DNA of 64,000 nucleotides from Fimicolochytrium jonesii (taxonomy: Eukaryota): assembly GCF_025526975.1 (NCBI RefSeq), contig NW_026515701.1, forward strand, positions 248,001 through 312,000, given 5' to 3'. Of this stretch, positions 13,874 to 26,791 are shown one piece after another. The notes under the pieces were generated by a model. It made no database searches. It was not told the origin of the DNA and saw nothing but the letters and a program-made list of their open reading frames with translations. The position numbers and the translations under genes are program-made. Each line of letters opens with the position of its first letter. Positions within the stretch are counted from its first letter, which is position 1.

Positions 13874-14985
13874 CTAGTCCCATTCCTTCTTAATGTCGAA
13901 AGACTGCGGACGGGGGGAGAGGAAGGAAGAGCCGATGAGTTGAGTTCCGGGAACTACGTCGCGACTGAAGAAAAACTTACCCATGCCCATTCAAGATGAG
14001 CTGTGCCATCGTCGTCGATGAATCTGCTTTTCACTTCGTAGTGGCCACGGGCAAGCATGCCGCTAGGGGCTTCCTCAGCCAGGAACTGGGAGTCACAGGA
14101 CGATCAGCATGTCAGTCCATGCAGGAGATGGTATAAATGATAGCACGGACCTTCTTCTCGTAAGGTTCCGTTGCAGGTCCATAAGAGCCGAGCATTTCCT
14201 CCATCTTATCCACTGCAACCGAAGTGTTAGTGATCATCTAGGCATGCCTCCGAGTGCTCCCCCGAGGCGAAACTCACCCTTGATTCCCTTGCGCTTGACG
14301 ACGTGCAGGTACTTCAACCCAGAGACGACATCGTGCTGGACCTTGAAGGTGACCTTCAGCCTGTACTCGACACCTTCCTTGATTGTCATCTTCTGGTCCT
14401 TCAGCTGGGCGATTGCAGCTAAAGGAATTGTCCAAAGGGTCAGAGATGTAACGCGTGGCAATGGCCCTCGTTTAGCCATCAAGCCGAAGTTCGCCGACAC
14501 AGCGGATACAGCCGGGCAATCGAGACTAACCAGGTGTAGACAAGTCGACAGTAACATCTGGTCGTCCAGGGCTCTCCATGCCTAACGCCAGGACAACCAC
14601 CTTTCGCGGATCGTCGGAAGGTCCAACGGCTACAACCAGGGCAATCTGAGTGAGCCGATATTGCATGCAATCTTGGTGAACCTGAAAGCAAATCTCACCT
14701 GCTTTGAGACCCAAGCTTTCTTTCCACTTCTTCAGAGACTCTGCATAAGTTAGCAGTGAGTTAGATATCGTTCTCGAGCCCCGCAAACATAAGGCCGCGG
14801 CCACGGAGGGTGGATGTTTCCACGCGTTCCCATGGATGCACTCCATTCCCGTAGAAAGGCTTGCCGTCCCTACCATCCTGAGCGTCGAGGTTTGCAAGCT
14901 CCTCAACGGTCTTCTTCTCGGGAGCCTTGTACCCAGTGGTCGCGGTAGGCGCGAGATCTTCTGTGGAATCTTGGTGGTCACCCAT
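13874..14985 (-). CDS. RDI1: Rho GDP-dissociation inhibitor, multi-exon
   Basis: [86 protein letters not shown]. Confidence 0.95.
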
Positions 14986-15867
14986 GTTGTAAGGTTCCTG
15001 TTTTCTTTAGACTGTGTCGGGACACCACTTTGACGAGCTGATGGGGGTCGGAGTCCTGCTGGTTTCTTTACCGCTCGGCAAGAAGGTTGAGTGGGACAAC
15101 GAGTGAATGGGGTTGTGTCAGAGAAGCAGGGGCTAATGCGGCACAGTCTCGACCGCAAGCTGGGGGTAAGTTTCTGTGCAAGTTCTGCGCGTGTTAACCG
15201 AGGCTCAGACCGAGGCTCTTGCGGTCGTCCCTTCACGCGTGCGCCGCGCCGTCTTCCCAAGTTTCCACCTCGCAGAGAGGCGTCAACATGGGAGATTTCG
15301 AAGGAGGGCCAGGCAGCTGTTCTGCCTCTCTATCTGTCTTGTAACTGTTGGTTAAAGAAAGAGTACCATCCTTTGTGATGCCTGTGTTTTTCGTATATTA
15401 ATGATCAATTCCGTTGCAAGTCGAGGGTTCACTTGCAAATCCGACGATGTCCATGGACATACTGTACTGCACATACTGTACATGTCTTGAATGATTCGTA
15501 CATAGGCAAACTAGTACCATTGGGTCCCCTCGAGACTCCGACTCAGCGGGGGTATGCCATGGTCGGTGGGTTGTCCGTGCGGGCAACTCTTCGCATTCTC
15601 CCGTGTCGCATTGAATGAGCGACCGATCCGCCACATTTCATAACGCGGCCGCACGGAGCTGCTGGCGGAGGTGACATCGAGCAAGCTTGAACCTGAACAA
15701 CGTCCTAGAAATCAAAGTATCCTCGTAGTCCGCTGCACTCCTCTATTACCTAGTACCGTACGTGCGCTTGAGGTGGTATCTTTCCCTTAGCTCGTATCGA
15801 CTATCATTCCAATACCAACAACCTACGTTCACTCGAGTCGGGCGACAGCTTTGTCGCCGCTGCCAAA

Positions 15868-18800
15868 ATGTCGGAGCCTTTACTACCAAAACTAGCTTCC
15901 ACATTTTCCCACGCCGCTTCCGTTGTCGGCTCGACGGTTACAGCAGGTACGAGGAGAAAGGCCAACTTTTCAGTACGGGCGCATGGAGCTCTCCACGATA
16001 TCCTCCTTCTGATCTGCTGAATTCCGTGTCCTCCAGTTGCCTCCGGAGAGGCGCCCGTTAACGGACAAACGACAAGTCGATGGGGAGGCATTTGGCCTGC
16101 AAAGCACCAGCATGGCCGTCACTGCAAGCATGAACACGATGGAGAGAAGGAGGATGCCGTCGGGCTTTTGAATAACGCGGATAGGTCGCATACTCGAACA
16201 ATACGACCTCCTCCAGGAGAAGACGACGACATGATGGATTTGAAAGGTAGGTGTTGGTGTGCATACCTCAAGTATTTAGGCTGGCGGCTGCGAAAGTAGC
16301 AATGGCGGTCTTGGGGTGCCATTGGGTCGCGGACCTTGCTCTAACGAGAGACACGCAGATATGCTCGAAAAAGGCGCTCCTCCCGAACCGGACCTCTTTC
16401 TTGCCTCACAACAAGGCATCTATGATCGCGTGAAGCAGCTTTTGGACTCTGGCGAAAATGCCGCAACGGATCGGGATGCGGAAAACTGTACTGCATTACA
16501 TTGGGCCAGCATTGTGAGTCTTGGACTTGCACGTTCGCATGAGGGTGGTATACTGATTCGAGTCCTAGAACAACCATGTGCGTATTGCACAACTGCTGAT
16601 AGAACGTGGTGCTCAAGTGGACGCAACTGGAGGTACGGATGACATTATGAAGTGTCCTGGCGAATCGTTACTTATGCTTTCCATAGGCGAGCTTCTTGCA
16701 ACACCTTTACACTGGGCAACTAGGAGTGGACACGTACAAATCGTGTCGATACTACATAGCGCTGGGGCCGATCTGACGCTGGAGGACAATCAGGGTTACA
16801 ATGCACTGCACCTCGCTGCACATGCGGGGAACGCCTTAATGATCGTATTCCTCCTGGCGCTTGGCATGGATGTGAATAGTCTGGACACGATGGGGCGCAC
16901 GGCTTTGATGTGGAGCGCATATAAAGGCAACTCGATCGATTCGTTGCGTGAGCTATTGCGGGCTGGAGCTGCGCTGGATCTTGTGGATCAGACCGGGTAC
17001 TCGGCGCTTCACTGGGCTGTAAGAGTGCTTGAGAGCAAATCTGGAACTGGGAAGAACCCGGCTCTCATACATTTTCCATTCAGGTGATTGCTTGCCACAT
17101 GGATTTCGCCACGAAGCTTATCGAGAAGGGAGCGCGAACGGACCTGAAAGACGGGGAGGGGAAAACACCGGCAGATTGGGCGCGAGAACGTAATCAAACG
17201 CGGCAATTCGAGGAGATCATTGAGCTCTATGCGCCAACCGACAAACCAAAGCATGAGGATGGGCGGCCCTTTGATCAGGTACGTAATGACAGTGTTCCAT
17301 GGCGCTAATGGATCTCACGAATCCTGACATCGGTTGGATCTACAAATTCCAGCGCACCACCAATCGAATCGTGTATCTTGCCCCATTTGTCGTTCTGTTC
17401 TTCTCATTCTATGCGGGGTCGACTCTCCCATACTACTTCAGCATACCCACCGTCGCCCTTCTCTTCTATCTTGTGCAAGCAAAGTTGGTCGTACGATATC
17501 TGTTGCACGGTGCGCGGAATCTGGTCAAAACGCCGTTTATCACCGCTATTCCTCAGGCGACTTTGACCTTCGTCGGTCTTTGCTGGTTGATGATTGTACC
17601 ATGTAAGCTCACGGTATGGTCGGAGTACCAAGGGCCAAACTCTTATGAGGCGTTCGCATCCTGACAGATACCGGATTCTTGTACCTTGAGCACATATTTT
17701 TCCTCGCGTGCTACGGCACGTGTATTTACTCTCTGTACAAGACGATACATACCGATCCTGGGTATATTCGCAGCCAGACAGTTGATGAGCGTGTGCAGGT
17801 AAGGTGTGTTTTCCTTTCGGATTGAATGGCAGAGCAATTGGAGTAACTGTTTCCCTCGTCAAGACCGTCTTGTCATTAGCGACCACAGGAAAACTGGAGC
17901 CAAGATCATACTGCATCACATGCTGTGTACGTTACTGAGGCTTCACTGCATTTGCTGCAAAACTGCCGACTTATCAGGTCTTCAAACCCACAGAACAAGA
18001 AACCAATACGTAGCAAGCATTGTAAAGTGTGCGATCGCTGTGTGATCAAATTCGATCAGTGAGTAGCATCCTCGTCATCCCTACCTCTTTGAATTTTGAT
18101 TACTCATTTCACGGTGTTCGCTCAAACAGCCATTGTCCATGGACATACAGTTGCAGTAAGTCATCTAACATGAGGTGCCTTGTTCACGAGCAGCGCATGC
18201 TAACATCACAACTTCTTCTAGTTGGTGCACTAAATCATCGCTACTTCATCTTGTTCAGCGGCACTCTGCCGCTTGGAGCATGGATGTTCGTGCATATCGT
18301 CTTCGCATGTAGGTCTTCGAATTTAACTTCCACTTTTAAAGCACACCAGACTCACATGAAGTACCAATCAGATCTGGACTCCTTATTTGACACACCGCGG
18401 CCGCCCACATACTACGAATGCAGCCTCCCGATCGACGGTCTCTGCGGCTACTTCGCCTACGACGGCTTCGCCTTCCTCGTCGCCATATGGACTCTCTTGA
18501 ACTCCATCTGGTGCTTCTTCCTCTTCTTGACACAACTCTGGCAGATCTCACAAGCGTACACCACGAACGAAGGCGCCAATTGGTGGCGGTTGTCCTACAT
18601 GGTGGTACCCGGGGACATGGCCCAGCCTTCTTGGCGGAGACGGATGCGGAATCCGTTCAGCAGAGGGATCTTTAGGAACTGCGGGGAGTTCTGGGGTGGT
18701 TCTGAGGTGCAGCTCAATAGCAAACGGACCAAAACCAGGAGTCGATGGTAATGGAGATCTGCCTTGTTTGTGGTGCACCCGGATTGATTTCCTTACTTTC

Positions 18801-18896
18801 CACTGTCTTTCCCATTTCAGGTTCGACGTTTACGAGGTGCCATCAGATAGTGATCACTCTGGGTCATTTCACAAGGGAGGCGATCTACCCGTCTAA
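15868..18896 (+). CDS. AKR1: Ankyrin-repeat DHHC palmitoyltransferase Akr1-like, many exons
   Basis: Ankyrin repeats (TALHWAS, TPLHWAT, NALHLAA), TM segments, SKHCKVCDRCVIKFDH|HCPW split by an intron, TTNE and NPFSRG motifs. The first exon at 15868 splices in frame. Confidence 0.92.
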
Positions 18897-19813
18897 GAGG
18901 GCTCTCCTTCCCAAGTTACCTTCGCATCCTGAAAGCTTCATGCTATATTCTCTCCCGATATTCGACATGTACTAGTGGCACTTATTTTTGGATACATACG
19001 ATAATATACGTTCTCCCGCGCTGAGATACCTGGAATCGAAACGGCTGAAGCCCTCCTGCGCGTTTCTTGCCGCTCCTGGGTTGCATTGGATGACTGCACC
19101 GGATGTTCGCTTCGAAAGACGTCGAAACATGCCAAAAGAGTAAGCTTTGCCAAGCAAATCTTCGTGACATCGAGCACCTCAACAGGGCTGTGGCTGCGCG
19201 TTGTTAAGTCTTGGCCGCACACTGTGTGTGCCGCGGGGAAGCCCTAGGTGGTAGTACGCTGAGAACCTAAAACTTTACATAGCTCTGTCGCCCGACCTTG
19301 GTCGCGGGACCCCCGTCAACCTTCGAACTTGGCATCTCTGTCCAGTGATCCAGTCCACTTTGGCGGACTCCAAGAGCCAGCCTGCCAAGACTGACTGCGG
19401 GTGCGGGATGCGGGAGCGGAACCTTGTTTGAATCATGATGACGCAGGGCGCGCGTTCCCGCAGTCGCGGTGGATTGTCCCTTTGTCCCTGTCTCTCTGTG
19501 GCCGCGGCGTGCGCTTTCCCCCCGAATCTCCACTTAGCGTTCTTCGCAACAAACACCCAAGCATCCCGGCCATCCCATCCCACTCCCCACAACCGACATT
19601 GTTTAGTAGTGAAACGTGTCCCCACATACAAGCGTCCACCCGTATATCAAGCCTGTAGCCTTCTTTCGGACCCCTAGCCCCATCCGAAGTGTTTTTTGCA
19701 TACTTTTAAGCCTCGCTTGCAACTCGTAAACCCGCAAGGAACACCAAGCAACAAGCAGTGTTCCCTTTATCGCTCTTACTCTCGCCTACTGCCAAACTTA
19801 GTAGCTACTCAGA

Positions 19814-21309
19814 ATGTCGATGCCCGAGAGCCGTAGAGCATTGGATTTGACACCGCCCGATTCAGCCATCTCATTGGAAGCGACGAAAAAGTCACCTAAC
19901 TCCTCAACGGAATTCCAACCTGTTCCGCTCGCCACGCTAAAGACAAGCGCCGAAGACGCAAGTGCCGAGTCTCCACCTTCAGTAGCTGACTCGGCTGCCG
20001 CACGCCGATACAACTCCATGAGCGAGAGTGCAGTGAGCGATAAGCATGGTCATGGAGGACTGAAGTTCTCAACATTACCCCGCGCCAACGTGTCGTCATG
20101 GCTCCTGCCAATACCCCACCGAAAGAGCCACCGCCGTACGTCCTCACAATCCTCCAAAGAATCAGATTCATCACTGGACAACGAGGGATCGAGTGCAACC
20201 GCGCCCCGCGGTGTCCATGACTCCGAGGCTGCGGTCGCTGCCAGCGCAGAGCCTCAAGGCAGCAGCGGCCACCTTGGAGTTCGGGATGCCATCAAGCGGA
20301 AATTATCAATATCCCGGCCTTCGCGGCACACGGTCAATGAGAATTCAGGGGAGGGCGACAGATCGTCGGTGCCCACCTCAGTATCTGTGACGCCGCTGCC
20401 GTCCTCGCCAGGGGAGCAGCCGGCGAGCTCCTCGACGTCGGAGGTGGAGAGGAGGGCGAGTGGAGAATTGCCAAGGGAGATCGCGTATCTTGTGGATTAT
20501 TCTGAGCGACGAAATAGGGAACTGCATCGATGTTTCCCGGAACTGGACAAGAAAGAGATCCATGTCGATGGTGCGTATCCTTATATCTGGAGATCTCATC
20601 CCACAATTACGCTGATCGTACTTTGAACATTCAACAGACTACGTTTGTGCCTTACAACGCGACATCCTCGTGCAAGGACGAATGTACCTCACGATCGAGC
20701 ATGTCTGCTTCAGCTCCAACATTTTTGGGTACATCACAAACCTGTTGATTCCGTTTGCCGCCATACAAAGCATCGAGAAGCGTACGATGCTTCTGATACC
20801 CAATGCAATCCAGATCAACACGAAAGACGGGAAGGTGAGATGTCCTTATCCCCTCGAAGTACGTAGAAGTACGAATACTTACGCGCTTCATTTCTCAGCA
20901 ATACTTCTTCGCTTCCTTCGTGAAACGTGAAGAAGCATATATCAAGCTACAATCGATATTCCGTGCCGCCTCGGCAAAGCGTTCTAATGACTCGACCGCA
21001 AGTGAAGCATCACTCAAAGAGGAGTCGCCGAACGGCGATACCCGCGAACAGTTGGCGGATGATGATTCAACCGTGGTAACGGAGGCTGCCACGGTCGGCC
21101 AAAGGGCGATCCACGAAGCTCGCCCGAAAAGTGAAACCGAAGGGCTGACGATGGACACGGTCCTGTACGTTGCGGTAGCCCTGATGCTATTATGGAGCTT
21201 GTTCACGACGGTGATGTGCACAGCTCTGATATGGAAGATCAAAGGAATGGCACAGCGATTGGAGATGGCGACGGAGGGCATGGCGCTTTTCGGAATCCCT
21301 CAACGATAG
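19814..21309 (+). CDS. GRAM-domain protein with C-terminal TM helix (3 exons)
   Basis: RNRELHRCFPEL...D|DYVCALQRDILVQGRMYLTIEHVCFSSNIFGY...IPNAIQINT...YFFASFVKREEAY; hydrophobic C-terminal segment. Confidence 0.88.
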
Positions 21310-22031
21310 TTCCTAGCTTAGGAGAGGGAACTTTCCTTTCTGGCGCGAGGGGAAGTTTACCGCTAGCGTTTTTGGCGTGTTTTTGTATATAGTAGTTGAG
21401 ATTTTTGGGAATCGTGATAGTCCCATGTAAAATACCATCAAACAGTATGTCGTCAAAGTCATAAATCGATCATGACTTTGGTTGCGGTGCGAAGCACAGA
21501 GGACTTCGCTGAGAAAGCTAGACATATGCGAAGTACTACGAGCAACTTTGTCTTTCGGGTTGTCCGTCTGTCTGCATCCGGTTTTCTGTCTGTCTGGCTG
21601 CGAGTAAGGTCGGAGACTAAAGTCAGGCCTGCACACCTCCGACTCCTCCGCCCGGAAAACTTTGGCGTTTGATGTTGACGCTGTTGACGGCCTTTTTTGA
21701 CGCGGGAAGCGGCGGAGAAAGCCTCACCGCGAAGCCTCAGCCCCGTTAGGAGCCTGTAGGACCCATATGTGCATGCACAACTTCACAACCCTACTCAAAA
21801 AGACAGCACTTCGGTCCTCCTCAGGCTGTCCCAAATCCGTTGTCTTGCTGTTAGCGTCCATTCCGGTTGAAAAGTTGGGAATTTGACACGAATTCGCGGT
21901 CTGCAATAAGAATTAGTGGGACAAGTGCACTACGAAAAGAAGCTCTCGGTCCGAGTCGATAAACATCAACCATCTGAAGGCACGAGCGAGGAGGGTGGCT
22001 CTTCTGTTTGCTTGGAAAGCCCTTCCGAAAT

Positions 22032-23550
22032 ATGTGGGCGTTCACGAGCAAAGAACGAGCGAACGATGTGCTCGTAAAGATCATGCTCCTGGGCGACTCG
22101 GGCGTCGGCAAGTCACAGATATTCCAGCGCATATTACGGCGACCCTTCAGCGAGCGGCATAAGCCGACTGTTGGGATTGATTTTGGGACTATGACCTTGA
22201 AAATTGCGTCGGAGCGGATATTGAAGGCGCAGGTGTGTGTTGAACGGGTTCGTCGAAAAGGATGAGCTGGAGGGACTCCGGTACTGACGAAAGTAAACGA
22301 ATGCAGGTCGTCGACACTTCAGGTTTAGATCGATACCGTTCAATCACCCAATCTTACTGGAGCTTGGCGACCGGCGTGATGGTGGTGTACGATATCACGA
22401 GCAAAGAGTCCTTCCAGCGTGTGCGGACGTGGGTACGGGATTTCCAAAGCAAGGTGTGTTTGCGGCATGTCAGCTGATGTCTCAAGGCCGAGAGAAGACA
22501 CTTCTTGTTCTGACCCCGTTTTTCGCCTTTCCGCCTTTCCGCCAGCACACCAACAAGGCATTCCAGCCGGTCATCATGATCGTAGGCAACCACTCCGACA
22601 AAGAGTCGCTTCGTGAGGTCCCACGGCACGAAGCGCAAGCCTATGCCCTAGCCAACACCTTCCTGTTCAGCGAAACTTCAGCTTTCACAAACACCAACAT
22701 AGATCTCGCATTCAACATCCTTCTAACGGAAGCTTACTACGCCCTGGCCGCCGTCACAAACCAGAAAGCCCCACAGTCAACATCCGCGCCCTCATCGGCG
22801 ACTTCATCACCCACGAAGCCGTCCACGAACAACGGGCTGTCGCCGCTGATTGCTGGCAAATGGCGGCCACAGCCACGGACGTCGTCACTCGAAGAGGGGG
22901 GATCGCTGGGGCTGGGAAGATCGCTGTCGGCAGCGTCGGCGTCGATGCCGTCCCTGGCGCCGCGGCATAGGTCGTTTGATGAGCGGGTATTGGATGTGGT
23001 TGGGTGGATTGGGAGGGAAATTAGCACGCAGGTGGCTGCTCTCACGTCGGAGGACAAAGGGAGTGCGGAAAGCGAAACACCGGCGGTTGCCCCCAAGCCT
23101 GTGGAGAAGCCATTAGAGAAGTCGGTGGAGCCGCCAGCGGAGAAGCCGATGGACTACGCATCCCGTGACGCGAAGCCAGCGCCGGTGTCGACAAAAGACA
23201 AGGACTCGGAGCCTGCACCGGCCCCTGTCCCACTCTCTGAGCCTCTAGTAAACGGCAGCGACCTTACCGACGACATGCATCCGCAAAGCAACGGCGCGAG
23301 CGACCACGGCAACCACTCGCCCGCTGCCGCCGCTGAGCCCCACGTTGCCGGTGCCTCGACGCCTGATCTGGCCAAACAATCGCTCACTCGCGTCGACAAC
23401 CACAACCACCATTCGGGAACGCCAGAGCCGGAGTTGCGGATGGGTCGGTGTGGGAGCATGGGCTTCGATGACCCGATGTTTTTGGAGGAACCGTCGTCGC
23501 CTATTGCGTCCAAGGTTGCGAGGTCGAAAACCACCTTTGTGCGGCGATGA
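22032..23550 (+). CDS. Atypical Rab-like small GTPase with long low-complexity C-terminus (3 exons)
   Basis: G1 GDSGVGKS, PTVGIDF, G3 VDTSGLDRYRSIT, G4 GNHSD, G5 ETSA; no terminal Cys motif. Confidence 0.85.
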
Positions 23551-23871
23551 AAGGCCTTTTAGCTATATCTACCATCCACTGAAACACGTGGCTCTCGGGT
23601 GTTAGGATGAATGGGCGTTAATCCTCTTAATGACACCCGATGGTATAACACACATAATCATCATTGCCATCAGAAGCACCATAGCATTGATATCCCCACC
23701 TAATGCACATAATCGAATACACAACCACGACCCGCCGCTGGATCTGTCATACTTGAATAATTGTAGTATTTTTGTTGTGCGCTGTTCATTTTGATATTCG
23801 AAATGTACAAAGGGCAGCGGCAAAACCTGCGACGCCATTCTCCCTTCGCCGCTTCCCAAAATCTCAACCAT

Positions 23872-24962
23872 CTAATCCATACGAGCTTTAAGGGTCCGCG
23901 TAATGACCCCTTCTTGGGTGATCACGTGGACGACCACACCCCAACCACTGCTCGCGTCACGGTCGACGGCGGCCATCATCGCTTGGGAAATTGTCTCGAA
24001 GAGCTCCTCCGGTTCCTGTGGGGGAATTCGGAATGTCGATCAATATTCAGGCCAAAGTGGGATCAACAAGTGCAACTTCTTTCTCTGCTCAGTGGCCATT
24101 CTTACAAGATCGGGCTCCCATAGACCTTCCGCGGTACCGTACATCTGCGACGATGCGGTCCCGCTAACGACGATATCTTTTGCGTGGTTGATGCATCCCA
24201 ACATGTCCATGGAGCAGATGTATGGCGAGCCGTCCTTTTCGAGGCCTGCAATCACGGGTTCACAGAAGTATGGTCCAAATCTGGATTGAAGAATGACGTA
24301 AGAAGCTGGAAGATGCCATCAACTTCTGCGAACGATCACTGGCCGCTTCGCGGACGATCCGTAATGCCCCCAAGGCTATCTCATACGAACAGGCACATAC
24401 CTCTTCTCGTATAATGCTGAGGATACCATGTGGGAAAACGTCTTTGGGCTGATATCCCGCTCTTCGCGCAGTTTGTACATGTTGGTCTTGAATCTGAACA
24501 GCTCGGACCTGCAAAAACGGGGGTCATAAGTCTCAGATTACGCGTCCATTTCCCACGCCTGGGACAGCCTTTATCCTCAATCGCACGAATGAACTCACAG
24601 CGTCTGAACGTCGGTAGCGAGTCCTGGCAGTCCAATAAAAGTCCTATCGTTGACGGCAAAGATCTTTTGAAAGTCGGTGGACATGGTCATGAGCTGGATT
24701 CCGAACCGGCGGTCGGCTGCTATTGCGACACAGCCTTTGCCTTTCATAGCCATGATGGCCGAACCGTTATACTCCATAATCGACTACATGGCGATTCGCG
24801 TGCAGCATACGAGAGAGGACACATAGTATTCGTTTGGAGTGGACAGATGGAAGTGGTGGAGTCGGACGAGTGCGTAGATCGGGGATCAGCATGCAATATT
24901 ATGTTAGTCGTGTCATACTTTGCAGGATTGCCAGACAATGCAAAGGCCCAGACACTAACCAT
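23872..24962 (-). CDS. PUP3: 20S proteasome subunit beta-3; first coding exon is ATG only
   Basis: [29 protein letters not shown]...[38 protein letters not shown]. Confidence 0.96.
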
Positions 24963-25427
24963 GTTGACGACTTTTTCCTATTGCGACAAAGGAGTTAGAA
25001 GAGTTGATAGGCTCAGGCAGAGCGAGTGGGAGTGAACGACTTGGGTGGGAGCTGACGGACGATTGCGTTTCGAGCTGCTCGTCTCTGGGAAGGGATGTTG
25101 CCTTTCCAAGTTGGGTCCCAACAGACTTCTTGCCCGAGAAAGCGCATATGGACGCGTCTATTGAAGTGACGCTCGCGGACACTCCCAGAATTGCAGTTGG
25201 ACAAACGTGGGAAGAAACGACCAACAGACTCTCCGACGGAGGCCCACGGCGTTGCGCCGCCACTTCCTCCTATCAACAAGGGAGATCACCCAGGCGGCTG
25301 CAGGAGGCCAACGTCTCGTATCATTCTGCTCTAGGCGTCTGGCCAGGCACAGTGCAGTATGAACCTTTCTTGACCTACTCCCACTCTTGGTTTCCCACCC
25401 CACGCCGCCGTCGCCGACTCGCCTGTA

Positions 25428-26555
25428 ATGAACACCCTTCCGCCGCTATACCCTCCGTTTCGTTATGGTCAGGTTGAAGATGACCTCTACCGGGGCGGAT
25501 ATCCGAAGCCACGCAACTTCCGCTTTCTGACCCGTCTTCGCCTGAAGAGCATCCTGTCGCTTACCCCCGAACCCGCAAACGCAGACCTGGCCGCCTTTTG
25601 TGCCGAGCAAAAGATCACCGCCCTGCATGTCCGTGTCGATAAACCGAAAGAGCATATCCCGCTGACGTTCCAGAAAACCGCTCAGATCCTCGCAATTGTC
25701 ATCGACCCCAACAACTACCCGCTATTCGTCCACTGTCTTGACGGCGCCGGTGTCACGAGTGCCCTCATAATGTGTCTGCGCAAGCTACAGTGCTGGACTA
25801 TGTCGTCTATACTATACGAGAGCAGCAGGTACAACAAGGAAGGGACGATCGGGTCGGAAGAGGGAGAGTTTGTCGAAAAGTTTAGCGCGGAGGTCGAGCT
25901 GCCCATTAGACTGCCGGCCTGGTTGTGGGGCGGACAGATGGCTTTCAAGAAGCATCCCAGCATCCGGTTAAAGCTGCCGCCACAAATCAACAGCCCGGCG
26001 AGACCGCTAACTGCTAACACTGGCGGACCAGCGAACAGCGGGGATCCCGTCGCGAACTCTGTGACCGGCGCCGATGCCACTTCCGCCACGGCAGGTATAC
26101 ACGATCTACAGACAATAGGGCAGCCAATCACCGGCGTGATAGTCAGTGGGAACGGACTCGCGAGCGACTCATTCATAGGCGGCTCTTCCGAGCACACACC
26201 TGTGCGCCGAGCTGGCGACGCATCCCAGACCCCACTTCTGGACTCACTATCCCCTCAGATGACACCATCAGCTTCGGGCGTCGGCCTGTCTGGCATGAAA
26301 GATGCCACCGTGCAGTTTGCGCCCACAGTGAACACCTCGAAATCCGACTTCAGGAGGGAGAAGGAAGATCTCCGACGGCGAGCGGTGACGGAAAACCTGC
26401 TTGGCGTAGACGTAGGCAATCGGCTAGACGACGCGTTGCTGGGTGGGAGGATCGAGGAGGATTTACTGGACGAGGATGTGGAGGATGGCATGTCAATGAC
26501 GTTGCAGGCGTTGGCGTTGGAGATGTCTGGCTCGTTTACCAAAAATGCAAAATAG
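25428..26555 (+). CDS. Siw14/Oca-family tyrosine-phosphatase-like protein (Oca6-like), intronless
   Basis: PPFRYGQVEDDLYRGGYPKPRNFRFL..LRLKSILSLTPE and YPLFVHCLDG motifs. Confidence 0.88.
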   Translation: MNTLPPLYPPFRYGQVEDDLYRGGYPKPRNFRFLTRLRLKSILSLTPEPANADLAAFCAEQKITALHVRVDKPKEHIPLTFQKTAQILAIVIDPNNYPLFVHCLDGAGVTSALIMCLRKLQCWTMSSILYESSRYNKEGTIGSEEGEFVEKFSAEVELPIRLPAWLWGGQMAFKKHPSIRLKLPPQINSPARPLTANTGGPANSGDPVANSVTGADATSATAGIHDLQTIGQPITGVIVSGNGLASDSFIGGSSEHTPVRRAGDASQTPLLDSLSPQMTPSASGVGLSGMKDATVQFAPTVNTSKSDFRREKEDLRRRAVTENLLGVDVGNRLDDALLGGRIEEDLLDEDVEDGMSMTLQALALEMSGSFTKNAK

Positions 26556-26791
26556 AAGCTTTCCCATCCATGTGTGATGTAGTTCATTTGAGGGACCTAT
26601 TCATTGAATGAGAAGGTCTCTAGTGGCTACCAATGTTGCGACCAAAATTGAGATTCAAACAAGGTTCGATAGAGTTATGATACAACAAGGATCGGGTAAA
26701 ATATGTCATCAAAATCCCAAAAACTGTACAGGGAAGGTGCTGCATGTCCAGCGCAGGATGGCAACCATGTCCATCAAACGAGTTCCCACAA

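Noticed and set aside
24784..24959. snoRNA in the long first intron of PUP3
   Set aside because: No clear C/D or H/ACA box arrangement.
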